A stretch of 63,759 bases of DNA, counting the filler, from Gonapodya sp. JEL0774 (taxonomy: Eukaryota): assembly GCA_027604505.1 (NCBI GenBank). It is 32 parts of 32 records of this genome, joined end to end, with 100 filler letters (N's around TTAATTAATTAA, not from the genome) between each part and the next. Parts side by side here need not be neighbours in the genome. Positions count along the whole stretch, not along the records: positions 36,013 to 37,905 come from JADIIX010002481.1; positions 38,006 to 39,898 come from JADIIX010002482.1; positions 39,999 to 41,890 come from JADIIX010002483.1; positions 41,991 to 43,882 come from JADIIX010002484.1; positions 43,983 to 45,873 come from JADIIX010002485.1; positions 45,974 to 47,864 come from JADIIX010002486.1; positions 47,965 to 49,853 come from JADIIX010002487.1; 25 more parts are not named here. One strand, given 5' to 3'. The first letter of the stretch is position 1. Each line of letters opens with the position of its first letter. The notes below the pieces were generated by a model. It was not told the origin of the DNA. It saw only the letters and a list, made by a program, of their open reading frames with translations, and ran no database searches. Position numbers and translations under genes: made by a program. This document shows, piece after piece, positions 36,013 to 48,566 of this stretch.

Positions 36013-37732
36013 TCCTTTCCCTCATGATCACCAGGGTGTCGGCGAATCTTACATGTTCGACGAATTTGAAACTCCAGACCTAGCGAAGCTCCTGAAGGTG
36101 ATTATCGTCTCATTTATCTCGTCATGATCGCCAGGCAAATGCCGCAGCTCTACTCCACATAGGTTCTCGCCCTCAATCGACCACCATCTACATCCTACTC
36201 GCTGATACCCCGCCCAGTATGGCAGTTGATCGAGTATTTCCGAGGCATCGTGTACTACTTGACCGTCGCACGAAACGACTCCCGAGGAGGCGCGGAGAAG
36301 AACGTGAAAGAACACTACGATATAGGAAATGAACTTTTCGAAGGGTTTCTGGTAAGAGTTCTCGCGTAATTTTATGGGGGTTTGGCATTAAAATTCCATA
36401 ATATAACTTGAACTGGTGCTCTTTCAGGATGAAACCATGACGTATTCCTGCCCCATTTTTCCATCTGAGACGCCCCAACCATCTCCATCGAACGCTCTAC
36501 TTTCTTCGACCGTGAACCCGATCCTTCGTGACTCCCCTGCCATTCGCCACCCAACTCCACCACCAGAATCCCCATCACTCGTGTCGGTGGCTCTACCGTA
36601 CTTGCGATCGTACCCCATCCCACCCTCTTCACTCCTCCAGCAAGCTCAGACCGCCAAACTCCGCAGACTCATTCATCTCTCTGGTTTCCAGTCCGGGGAC
36701 CGCGTTGTGGAGATCGGGTCCGGATGGGGGTCCATGTCTCTCGAATTGACAAGGATGGGAGCCTCCCAAGTGACCACCTTGACGCTTGCTGATGAGCAGG
36801 CGGCAGTCGTGAGAAAGAGATGTGATTCGAAAGTCGTCGAATGTGTGGTGGAGGATTATAGAAAGTTCGCCGACAGGGTGCGTTCACTCTCGATTGCGAG
36901 TTTTGAGTTCCATTTGACGATACATGCCGTAACAACGCACTCCTCTACCACTGCCGCAATCCCAGAATATGAGTTCTGGTGGCCAGCCCTATGATCGCCT
37001 TGTATCATGTGAGATGATTGAAGCAGTCGGAAAGGAGTTTCTTCCGGAGTACTTCGCGACGATCGACAAGGTGGGCGGTTTTTAGCTCATTTGAGTGCAC
37101 CGAACGGTTCATGAATTCTCTGTTTCCTTCCTTGGGGAATAGCTCATCCACCCTGTTCACGGATCTGCTGCGATACAGTTTATTTCAATACCGGACAACC
37201 GTTACGAGGAGTATGTTGCCGGAGGTCCGGACTACATCAACAAGCATATTTTCCCCGGTATGCCCCAGAATCTGTTTGATCAATCTCATGTAGCCATAAC
37301 AGCCCTGACCGGCCGGTTCTTGGAATACACGTCCAGGTGGCCACCTCCCTTCGCTCACCTCGTTTGTCGATGCTGTGTATCGTGGAACATCTGGTCGGTT
37401 GATTGTGGATGAGGCAAACCAAATCGGACCGCACTATGCTGGGGCACTGAAGATGTGGAGAGAGAGATTCCTGGCCAATTTCGACGAGGTAGACTGTTAA
37501 CTGCGATCTTACGTTGTCCAAATCCTTTGTTTTCATCCTTCTTGCTCGATGCCAAATTTAGATCGCTCAGTTGAAACCACTTCTCTACACCCCCGTCTTC
37601 CGGCGAAAATGGGAGTTTTACTTCGCATTCTGTGAAGCTGGCTTTGAGACTGGCCGATTGGGAATTTATCAAATCCGCTTGTGTAGGGAAGGTTCTCTGG
37701 GACGATGGGGCGGCGGAAGTTTGGTTGCGTGA
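36013..37732 (+). CDS. Cyclopropane-fatty-acyl-phospholipid synthase (CFA/CMAS family), 5'-truncated
   Basis: GVGESYM, NVKEHYDIGNELF, DETMTYSC, EIGSGWG, SCEMIEAVG, YINKHIFPG|GHLPS, IGPHYA..L..WRERF, RKWEFYFAFCEAGF. Confidence 0.93.
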
Positions 37733-38005
37733 AGAGTGGTGAGCATTGTATAACAGTATTTTGTCCGTCTTCGTCGGCTTCCATCAAAAGGTAGCATGTA
37801 CATGTTGTTGGATCATATGTGAAATCTCCGTCATAAAACCAAACTAGCACCACAATCAACTGGATTCTGATGTCTGGTGTCGATTGAAAATGGTCAATAC
37901 ATTCANNNNNNNNNNNNNNNNNNNNNNNNNNNNNNNNNNNNNNNNNNNNTTAATTAATTAANNNNNNNNNNNNNNNNNNNNNNNNNNNNNNNNNNNNNNN
38001 NNNNN

Positions 38006-38332
38006 CACCTCCACTCGCTCGCCCTGCTATCCCCAGACCACGTTCCCTTGCTCACCACACTGGGCCTGCTCCACTTCCACGCCGACGACATTTCGCAAGC
38101 TGAGTTCTGGCTCGAGAAGGCCACGACACGGTGCCGGCCTGTGGGTACTGGATCGGGGGACACGACGGGGCTGTTCAGGAACGCGGGGTGGTGGTCTGGG
38201 CAGGCGTGGCGTGGGTGGGCCGAGGTGATGAGGACGACCGGGAGGAGCGAACAGGCATCGGAGTGGGGAGTTCGGGCGGGCGGGCTACGCAGTGTGGCGG
38301 GGGATTGGGAGGCGGCTGTGGGGGGCTGGTAA
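38006..38332 (+). CDS. TPR-like protein, C-terminus
   Basis: PDHVPLLTTLGLLHF....AEFWLEKA...AWRGWAEV...G..EQA follows a TPR-like pattern. Confidence 0.5.
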   Translation, partial: HLHSLALLSPDHVPLLTTLGLLHFHADDISQAEFWLEKATTRCRPVGTGSGDTTGLFRNAGWWSGQAWRGWAEVMRTTGRSEQASEWGVRAGGLRSVAGDWEAAVGGW

Positions 38333-39051
38333 AGGTGGGAATGGGGTGGGGACTGGGGAAGTGAATGGGATCTGTTGGGGGACGTGCCGGTTATGTACAA
38401 GGCAGAAGAGCAGGCGGAGGTGATGTGCGATCTGTCGGACTTTTATTTCTGAGAAGTAGCCATGCGAATAACTATAAGCAATTAACAATTATACCGTTCG
38501 GACTCGCGCCTTTTCGTCATTCTGCCAAAACAGGACACGTACACTGTGAGAAGTAGAGCCACAATTTCACACAACAATCCTAAATGTTCCAGGAGAAGAA
38601 AAACCGTGTCGGTAAAAACCTATGAGTATTCTTACTGTAAAACTACTCTGCTGTCGATGACTGAGACACGGAAGGTCGTGCCGGTCCTCCATTGAATAGC
38701 AATGACATCAAACTATGTCTTACTTCCATGATGCTGTGTCGTTGAATACGTCCATCATTTATTCATTTGGCCCATGAAAAGCAAGGGAGTTGAATATTTT
38801 TGCAGATCCCAATGAAAAGATCCACACCAATTGCAGTGGTCAAAATGTAACAAATGCGTTTGTCTCTTTTCATTCTTCAATTGAAAGTTGTCTTTTGTTC
38901 GCCTGTTGCCGTCCGGGTGATTCTCTGGCGAAGGGATTCGGAGGACACTCCCAAAGTGACGCGAAGCATTTTCAAACACGGTGAATTTGCCAACCCACAT
39001 GATGGACCCTCAAGAAACTGACAATCCAGAGTTTTCACCCTCTTCGCTCTG

Positions 39052-39303
39052 ATGGAGGAACTCTTTAATGTTGCGACCGTTCGCCTCACTCTCCTCAAGA
39101 TATATGAGGCCGGACTCAAACTGAAGCAGAGGATAGACGAAGAAGCTCGGAAGGCCCACCAGATCGTTCGCGAACTGATACTCGTCAATCATGCACTGGC
39201 ACTCGAGCATGATGCACTACGGCGGGAAATACGGGAAAAGGAGAACCGTCTCAGACTGAGACGCGAACAAGCGTTTGATTCCAAACCAAGAGGTTTTCTG
39301 TGA
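39052..39303 (+). CDS. Hypothetical coiled-coil protein exon
   Basis: Heptad-rich LKQRIDEEARKAHQIVRELI...LRREIREKENRLRL. The gene structure is unresolved. Confidence 0.3.
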   Translation: MEELFNVATVRLTLLKIYEAGLKLKQRIDEEARKAHQIVRELILVNHALALEHDALRREIREKENRLRLRREQAFDSKPRGFL

Positions 39304-40045
39304 ATCAGTACATCCAATCGCCATGTCACTACCCTCGCAAACTGGTCCCGATATTCCTGCTGCATCTTCTAGGTGAGTTCTCAACTGAATTCCGCTAGCA
39401 AGGCGTCAAGGGAACAATCTTCATCGGGATGACAGAGAAGCTCTCGGAATTGACGAGACTTGTAAATTCATTCAAACAGCTGTCAGCACAGGGATTCTAA
39501 ACATGGATTACACTCTTAAATCTGGAGAATCGGTGAATGGGACGAATTGGATGTTGACTCTTGGATTTCGGAACAAACATGCCACTGATGCATGGCACTT
39601 CCAATACAGCCGTTCTACCAAACCAACGCGGAAACACCCTATTCAGTCAGGGAGGCAAGCAGTTTCTAGTGAGTGCAATTCCCGACTATCAAAATAATAA
39701 CCACTGGGTGCACCCTCAGATTGATGTTGATTGTTGCCATACATCTTAGAGAAGCAAAAAGTTTCTGCCAAGCAAGGTCCTCCCTGCAGCGCTTGAATTA
39801 TCCAGGTGTCTGTGCTCTGTCATGACCAGTACAAGTTACAACAACATAGGCTGTATGTGACACACTCAGATTCATATGTATATACCTCTGTGCTGGAANN
39901 NNNNNNNNNNNNNNNNNNNNNNNNNNNNNNNNNNNNNNNNNNTTAATTAATTAANNNNNNNNNNNNNNNNNNNNNNNNNNNNNNNNNNNNNNNNNNNNTA
40001 CAAGGCTGGAAAAATATTGTCAAAGTAAGAGGTTCCAACCCTCAC

Positions 40046-40101
40046 TTAAGTGACGCTCAGGGGGGAAGGGGTTAAGTGACGCTCAGGGGGGAAGGGGTTA
40101 A
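40046..40101. repeat. 2 x 26-bp perfect tandem repeat bounded by TTAA
   Basis: TTAAGTGACGCTCAGGGGGGAAGGGG occurs twice, followed by TTAA. Confidence 0.9.
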
Positions 40102-40223
40102 TCAGTCGTGCGACCTGTGCCACCCATTCAGGGTCCATGGAGTCATGAAGAGCTCCCCATCGATCGCCTGCTTCCAAACCCGCAATCGCCACTGATATCC
40201 CCGCCTAACCATCGTTTTTCCCA

Positions 40224-41784
40224 ATGGAAATTGCAATTCCATCCTTTTCCGATGCGCTTTTGGAGCCTGTGATAGAGCCGACGGGAGCGCTCCGGAGCTC
40301 GCGGTGCGGCGTTGAGGGTCCACGTGTTGCGGGGATAGAGGATTTACCTTTTGAGATTCTGGAAATGGTTGCTCGTCATCTGAAGCTGGGAGACTTGAGA
40401 AACGCGGTGCAGGTTTCCAAGGTGGGTTTCTTGATGGACCGTCGGTCCCCAACATCGTTCATGAATCTCAAACCTGTTCTCGACCAGTTTTGGACAGCTT
40501 GCCTCTCACCCTTTGTATTTCGCTCTTTGTACGTCTCTGCTGTTCGTTCCGATACGGCACGTCACCCACAGCATCCAGGCCGAGACACACACCGGTCCGT
40601 CCGGTTCGTTCCACGTCTCCACGTTCACAACCACCCGAACGTGTCACCTCGCGGGCAGTGGTACACGAGTCTTGTGAAGCACTTGGCGGTTGATGTGAAG
40701 GAGTTTTGCTGTGAAGGGTGTTTGCAGCAAGGTAAGGGATGGTACTTTGCCTCAAGTGGCATTGGGACACCATCGAGGGTTCATTGCGCTACGAATGATA
40801 AACTGATTTCGTGTTCCTTATCACCGCATACTTTTTTAAGAGTCCAGCGGCCTTTTCGAGTTCATTCGCCTGTGTCGAAACCTTGTAGACATTCATCTTG
40901 TGCACTCTGGAGTTATCGGCATGCCCGACCTTCACGCCCTGTATCTCCCACCTACTTTGAAGCGCATTTCCATCCAGCGTTGGAGACTCGAACACATGTC
41001 ACTTCCAGCGACGATCGAAGAGCTCGAGCTGAACCAGTGCCACACCGTGGATCTGTTGAGCCAGCTGAAGAAGTTGCCCGCTCTCAAGTCCCTGGGGATG
41101 GTGAGGTGCTGGCCCCGGTGGGATAAAGAGAGCATACGGGAGATGTTGGAGCAGAGTGGACAAGGGTTGGAGCGGCTGACGATGAAGGATGACTACGGAG
41201 AGCGGTGGATTGGCGCGATCGAGGACTCGGTGCTGGAGATCGTCGCGTGCCTCTGTCCCAATTTGACGCAGTTGTCTTTGGCGTCGGTGATGATTTCGGA
41301 TGTTGGGGTGGCCCACCTGGCGGCAGGGAAGATGAATTTGGACAAATTGGAGATCGAGGCGGGAAGTGGTGAGGGGAGACCTAGTGTAACGGACATATCG
41401 ATCGTCACAATTTTCGCCGCCTGGCCCAAGTTGAGGGCGCTCAAGGTGAGGACGTGTTGACTGGTCAAACTGGGGTGGTCATTCTGGTTGCAGTAACATG
41501 ACAGATGTTCTGAGCTGGCTTTTTGCTACCTTTGAACACAGTTGGTCTACGTAGAAATCACAAACGACGCACTCAACATCATCTCCCAAGTTGGGCACCA
41601 TCTCGAGTCACTCGAAATCCATCTGTTGGGAGGCTTGCGGCTGGCGGACTTTACCGTTCTTAAGAACCTGGAGCGGTTAAGACGTGTCTCGTTCAAGTCG
41701 TTCTTCTTGCCGAGCGACTTTTCGGAGGAGCGGAAACAACAGCTTTCGAGCGAGATGCCGTTTGAGTTGGTGCTAGAGTTCTGA
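40224..41784 (+). CDS. F-box/leucine-rich-repeat protein
   Basis: F-box IEDLPFEILEMVARHL...DLRNAVQVSK|FW, followed by LRRs (CPNLTQLSL..ISDVGV, VTDISI..WPKLRALKL, ITNDAL..HLESLEI). Confidence 0.85.
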
Positions 41785-41990
41785 AAGCTTTGAAGACATC
41801 GTGGGACAGAACATTTTACGCACACTAACTTGGTGTTCCTAGAGAGGGTTTAGATCTATAGAGAGCTACACGGACTCAGATGGGCTTCGTNNNNNNNNNN
41901 NNNNNNNNNNNNNNNNNNNNNNNNNNNNNNNNNNTTAATTAATTAANNNNNNNNNNNNNNNNNNNNNNNNNNNNNNNNNNNNNNNNNNNN

Positions 41991-42362
41991 ACCTTTGGTC
42001 CTCGTCGCTCCCGTCGCCTTCTTCACAATAGCCTCCACCTCCGGCAAGTACACCTTCTCGAGCTTCTCCTTGTCCCAAAACTCGTCGCCTTTCACGACGC
42101 TCGCCCCCTTCACGACTTGAAACCCATTCTTATCCAGCGTGAAGCTATCCACATCGACCGATCGCAAATCTGTGATAGAGACGTCGTGCGGTGCGTGCTG
42201 GAAGTTTGGGGGTTTGACGGATCCGTCGGACGCCGGGAAGTAGGTTGAGGGCTTTTCACCGGCAGGGACGGAGGATAAGTCGATGAAGTTGAGGGAGGCC
42301 GTAATTTTGCGAGGGCGAGTTGCGGGTTTCTTGTGTGATTGGGAGTCGATCTGGACGCTCAT
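41991..42362 (-). CDS. CmcJ/NvfI/AsaB-family oxidoreductase, N-terminus (downstream copy)
   Basis: ASLNF...VSITDLR...FTLDKNGFQ...VYLPEVEAIVKKATGA. Confidence 0.85.
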
Positions 42363-43221
42363 TCTGATTAGAGTTGACTGGGTTTATCAGACTTGTTGTG
42401 TATCGGAAGTCTGCACAGAAACTTTGATTGATGAGAATATCGAATCCGCGGACTCCTAGTTCTTTTTATCTCCACGAACGAGGTGCGGTTTTCGATGTTT
42501 CCAAGTTTCGAAACCAGGCCACAGCAGCGTTGCATGGCGTCATGGTTTCTGCGATTCGCGGTTCATCACTTTCAAAGATAACGGTGTCTACAATTGAAGA
42601 CAGATACAAGGAGAGGGAACTTCCCTTTGAATCTCGTGTCACCCCTCTCCTTCCCACGTTTCCGCCTCCTTTCGTCAAGCTCCGCTTTGAATGAATTTGA
42701 GACAGCATAATCCTCTCTCCGAGCAAGCAAACACAATGGATCTTACCCGCAATCTCTCTCAACATGACTTGACTTCAAATGCCAACTGTCCCCTAACTTT
42801 GAGACCTCCTGTACAACCCTCAAGTATAAGTAACAGTCATTTCGTCTCAATATGCGGTTTTGTCCTTCTCACAACCTCTCAAGCTTTTTAAAAGTTGTAG
42901 AATGAGAATTGCTAATTTGCGGTGCCCTCAGATGTCCATTGTTTGAAGCGGTGCCAACAATTAGCTCCGATCCAGACCGTGAGATTAAATACCAGCCCCA
43001 CTAGTTATGAGGCGGCTGAATGAATCCAATAAAACCTTCGTTGAAAATGGAAGAACAACCCACATGCAATTGTCATTGTGTTCCATTTATACAAAAGCCA
43101 AAAACAGAAGAAAGTCTTCACAAAATCTTATTCATGAAGAATGCACGTCTTATTCTCCCACACCCGCATGTCCACCCACACACCGCACACCACACCCCAC
43201 GCACGTCCACGCTTTCCTGCT

Positions 43222-43882
43222 TCACAATTTAGCCTCCTCCTCCCAACACACCAAAACCCTTACTTCGATGCTCTCGCGAGGTGGAGCACCGACAGGGGCA
43301 GTGGGATCGGAAAACGCGGCGTGGGGGACGAAGCTTGTCGGTGAGAGTTGGATTTGGGGGTAGGTGCGCGATGAGACGGAAGGGATCGAATTCAGAGGAC
43401 GCTACACCTCGCCAGATCTCCCCCGGAAAAAACTCACCCTCCCTTGTCTGGGTCACTCTCGAATGTCTTTATGAGATAACTCTCCTCGGGCGTCTGGTTG
43501 GAAGTGTAGTACCACGCGACCGTGGGGTCGTAGGCGAACGAGGCAACTTCGCCGACTCGGTGCGGGTACACCAGGTTTGACGGGATGATGGAGGAGCGCG
43601 GTGAGGTGGTGGCGTCGGCAATAGCCAGAGGCGTGTCTATGGCGGTCTAGTGGGGATAGTAGTATGATGGAGTGAGGACCGTATGAAGGAGTGAGAGTGA
43701 ACGAATGGTACATACCACAATGGGTCGCCAGAGGTTGATGACCGCGAAACGGCCCTTGAGGAGTCGATCAATGTCTTGCGGTGGCATATGTTCGATAAGT
43801 CGGCCAGGATCCAACGCTAACGACGGCGACTCTGCCGTGCCAACTCGGTATGCATTTTACGTCTCCCCTAAAACATGGCTAC
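43222..43882 (-). CDS. CmcJ/NvfI/AsaB-family oxidoreductase, C-terminus (upstream copy), ending in AKL
   Basis: GRFAVINLWRPI, PLAIAD, YPHRVGE, WYYTSNQTPEE..LIKTFES, PHAAFSDP..P..APPRESIEVRVLV...AKL*. Confidence 0.9.
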
Positions 43883-44150
43883 NNNNNNNNNNNNNNNNNN
43901 NNNNNNNNNNNNNNNNNNNNNNNNNNTTAATTAATTAANNNNNNNNNNNNNNNNNNNNNNNNNNNNNNNNNNNNNNNNNNNNTTTCACCATGGTTGCGAG
44001 AGCTTATAAATAAACCATCAGAACCCAGCGCAAGAGAACTTGACAGGTCCAGGTTTCAATGACGGTGTCAAATATACAAAAAAAGTGGCAGAAGGTGTAT
44101 AAGCTCAACCTTGCAATTCTTCACAATCATATTTTTCTTGGATTCGAGAC

Positions 44151-45873
44151 ATGGATGGTCGACCAGACCCTCGATATCCACGCAGGGAGGGTGAATCGCC
44201 AGATGGACCGGGATTCACTCGGCGCTCCGCTGTACCTGCTTCCCCGTGGTCGCCGGCACCCAGCACTAATGATCGACAACGACGGCTTGGAAGTGGCTCG
44301 ATGACAGGAAATTCTGGAATTGATGGGCCGATCCCCTTTCCTCTCTCAGACGCTCGTGATCAAATGCCCTGGCCGACCGGACCTTTCCCAAATGGAAGGG
44401 CCTCACTCTCCTACCAACGAACGGCATCAGTGGCCGAGCTATTACCTCCAAACCTTCCTGCAATGGCATCGCCAGAGCCTTTACCGGTGCTGCAGCCTCG
44501 CTCAGGGACTTTTGATCCCGTATCTCTGCGCCAGATTGCAGCAGGAGCATTCGTTGTCCTGATGTCTTATGGCATTTCAATTATTTGGTCAGGCAGAGAC
44601 GCAATTTATGAAAATGACTTAGAGTTGGAAAATGCACGATGGGTACCGATGCGGTACTGGTTGATGTTGCGTTGGGCGACCTTGACGTGTGCCTACGTAG
44701 GTTGGTTATGGTGGCAACAGATTCCGAGACTCCAGGTGAACACCATAACCGCAACTTAAAGTAATCTCTTGCATTTGCTATTCTGACTTTCGAATATTTG
44801 GTAGATGTCTTCGCGTACAGCTGTCATTCTTTTGATCGCACTTTTGAGTCTGGAGCTCGCCATCTGGGATCACACTGTTGGTCTTGTGGGTGCAGTATTC
44901 CGCTTCTGCTCAATTTCGAAAAGTTTATGAATTTGACATTCTAGTCGATAGTGCGCTCTTCACTCCCGTTCCCTTCTCCTCACGTCGTCAAAGTTCCGAG
45001 CCCACACTCCTCGCGCGACCTCGCGGGCTCTTTCAACCGTTTTCCTGGCTCCCACCTGGTCCGCTCCGTCCCATTCTCGCACGCACGACTAAACCCATCT
45101 GGATCGTCCTATTGTGTAGGGGAAAACTTCCATAAGGAGGTGGATACGGTCATCAGCATATTTGGTGTTCCTCCGTTCGAGGTTGTTATTGAGGGGATCC
45201 CTCTGGAGGAATCATCCCAGAGCGGCTGGTTTGGCGCTGGCCGAGGAAGTGTTGTGTCGGATCCGAAGCCGTTTCGTGAGGCAATCGCCTTGACGACTGA
45301 AAAGGCGCACACGAGGAGGCCCGCCCAAGAGGGGCCGCCAAGCACGGAGGCATCATCAGGCGCTCTTTCCTCCTCCCAATCTATCCCCTCACAACCTCCA
45401 GAGTATCAAATGCACATTCTTTCTCTCCGCCGGCCGGGTCTGTACCGCCTTGTTTCCCTACGTGACGGTTCTGGGAAACCCGGTCGAGTTCAAAACTTGG
45501 CTCCGGATTCCGATGGAGCAGCACCTGTTGACTTCCCGCTCCGGGTACTTCGATGCCCCGAAGTCACACTTGCGGTGCCTCCAACAGAGACAGGCGCCAG
45601 GGGTGAATTCCTACCTGTACCTGAAGCCGACCGCCCTACAATAGCTTCCAACAGGTGCGCGGATTCTGCATCGGAGTTTGAATTCGTGGTGCTAGCGGTC
45701 CCGCCCGTACAAGTGTGGTACAGGAGACGGGCACCTGGGGATGTAGGCGAGGGAGGAAGGGTCCTGGAAGATAAGATCGGAGAGGAGGAGATTGTCGGCG
45801 CCAAGGGCTGGGAACGCTGGCGGTCAAGGGAAGCCCGAGTCCCTGTTCAGACGCGAATCGAAGGGGAAGGAGT
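44151..45873 (+). CDS. POM152: Nuclear pore membrane protein Pom152, N-terminal part
   Basis: TM region ending IPRLQ, then GSHLVR..P.SHARLNP...YC, GVPPFEV, PGLYRLVSLRD, VLRCP and VPPVQVWYR (Ig-like repeats). Confidence 0.75.
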
Positions 45874-45973
45874 NNNNNNNNNNNNNNNNNNNNNNNNNNN
45901 NNNNNNNNNNNNNNNNNTTAATTAATTAANNNNNNNNNNNNNNNNNNNNNNNNNNNNNNNNNNNNNNNNNNNN

Positions 45974-46819
45974 ATAGGAGCAACTTTATGGGCACGACGG
46001 ATTGTTGCTGCGTTGGCTTCGGAGAGACCGATGTGACGTATTTTGCCTTGCTTTTGGAGAATAGCGAGTTGCTCGATGGTCTTCTCGATCGGAACCTGCA
46101 CAGGAGTAGTGATGACAACCAAGACGTGAGATGAATCGATATCGCCTTACATAAAACGGCATTCTGTGTTTGTGGTGTACTCACTTCCGGGTTCACACGG
46201 GCTGGTACGTAGACGTCAATGTAGTCCGTGCCCAGTCTCTTCAAGCTTGCCTCGCATTCTTCCGCAACAGAGTTTGGTGGCGTGTAGTCGAATGCGTTTG
46301 TCTTGGGGTTGTGCCGTATTCCAAATTTGTCGGTGCTGGCGCCAACAATGTCGTATGAGACGCAATCACAGTAAGACATCGCAACCCAATGATCCCGTGA
46401 TCAAACAGTACACACATGAAAAACTTGTCGCGACCGAATTTTGCAATGGCCTGGATGCAAAAGAGGAACAGATTGATCGGTGTGAACTACAGCCGCAGCC
46501 GCAGGGCATTCTCACTTACTTTGGCAAGCAGCTTCTCGTTGTGGCCATCTGGACCATAGCTGGCATAATGAATACTTAAGTACTGTGATGTTTGAGAAGA
46601 GCGGTTGCTATCGAGCACTCACAATGTTGCGCTATTGACAATATTCACACCCATCTCCAATGACTTGCCGATGACGTCAAGAGCGTTCGCTTCCATGGTC
46701 GCCGGGTCTAGCCCTTGCAAGACAGCCACCGAAAATGACATGCATCCCAGACCGATGGCGGAGAGAGAATAGTTGTGACCGTCGAGGTTGACGGACCGCT
46801 TAGGAACAATGACAGTCAT
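45974..46819 (-). CDS. Aldo-keto reductase (YakC/pyridoxal reductase-like), partial
   Basis: [71 protein letters not shown]. Confidence 0.92.
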
Positions 46820-47326
46820 TCCGCGCGGCTGTCAGGTAGCAGCAGGATGGCGAATACACTGAAGAGCAGATTTTATATGATTTTGGGAGGGTATCAATTG
46901 ATTTCGCCAAAACTGTTTTTATCGCTACCGGTCATCGCGATTCAATTGGTATTGCCAATTACTGTGGACGGCTCACACTCATGGGTACGTCCACGCATGA
47001 AGTAAGTTTCCTCGCTTATCTTGGGTGGGCAGCTTTGAACCTCATAAGCACTTGAGTGCCACCCTCAGTGAACGGGAGATTTTACGGAGTACTACATATA
47101 TACATATGTATATCTGATATCGCCCGACCAACCGTGTAACTGCAAATGGCTTTACTCAAGCTGGCACACTGATTGTATGCCGATAGTATTTTGCGTTCCT
47201 TTCTCGACATACGTCGTGATCGTCTTTAATGTTGTGGAGTGCGACATCGGTCAAACTAGTGCATTATCGCTGGCTCAGTCTTGTTCATTTCCAGTTGATT
47301 AGGCCTGCCGGCTGCTGGCGCAGTGC

Positions 47327-47864
47327 ATGGACGCCATCAAAATCACAAAGGTATGCCTGCCGCTGCTGAAAGTGGCTGCAGCTTTCTACTTAATTCAGAC
47401 TTCTCGTGGTGACCCGCGGTTGTATGTTGCGCAGGTTTCCGTTCTGCTGGAGAAGGGCCGTTCCACCGCCCGCCATCCGGGACACCTGCATTTTACACAA
47501 CACCATATATTATTTGTGCCTACTGCGGTGAATGGATGGGCGAACGCTGACGGTGGGGACGGGGAATTGTCACAAGGGGAACTCTGGGTGAGCACTGCCG
47601 TATCCGAAGCTTCCCCACCTTCATTCATCATTCATGACCCGCCGTTGCTTCGATTCATCTTTTTGGCTGGGGCTCGGTTTCTTTTGTTGCTCTTGGCGCT
47701 ATTTCGTCGTCAATCAGATTCCTTATCCAACCGTCCACACGATCGAACGGAAACTGCCAACACACGATGGCCTCCACCCACTTCATATTATCTGTCGAAC
47801 ATTCCTCTTTGTGCGCGCTTATGTGGAGGAAGAGCAAGATATGGTCGACGTCTACGTTACCCTG
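47327..47864 (+). CDS. YMR1: Myotubularin-related PI3P phosphatase (Ymr1/MTMR6-8-like), N-terminal PH-GRAM domain
   Basis: MDAIKITK|VSVLLEKG...GHLHFTQHHILF...ELW|IPYPTVHTIERK...PLHIICRTFLF. Confidence 0.8.
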
Positions 47865-48566
47865 NNNNNNNNNNNNNNNNNNNNNNNNNNNNNNNNNNNN
47901 NNNNNNNNTTAATTAATTAANNNNNNNNNNNNNNNNNNNNNNNNNNNNNNNNNNNNNNNNNNNNCGGCCTTCCACTGATTCAATCATGATCAATGAATAT
48001 ATCTGTCCTAAATTTCATGCGGACCCTGCACCTGGCGACAAAAGGGAAAATACATCACGTCGATTCTCGAGAACAACATGGTATTCGAAGTTGCACTCAG
48101 ATCCTTTTATGGTGCCTTTCCCTGCTAGGCATGAAGTTGACAGGTCAGTTGATGAGGAGCAGTGGAGGGCTTGAACTTTTCAACCCCAGATTCAACTATT
48201 GAATTGCGCGGATACCGCGGCATCATTCATCACTGACTTTGAAAACATCGCCAACCCATCGTTTCGACGCGTCTCATTTGTTGTCATCAGCTACCTTCTT
48301 TGCTGCCTTAATTTTGACCTCGGGTCCCGGACTTAGGCATCCGCCCCCAATGAACACCGCAAACGATGACTCCTTTCTGCTGAATGATTTGCTTGTGTCG
48401 CATGGTCGTCTGTTCGTACCGCACATATTGGTAGATTCGATAGCCGGGAGCAGGGGTGGTGGTGGATGTTCACAAGTCAGTGCGCAAGAACTCCGTTCAC
48501 GGAACCTGGTCGAGCCCGTGGCAGCTGAGCAAGAGCAGTTTCAAAGTAATGGAATGAAAGCGCCGA

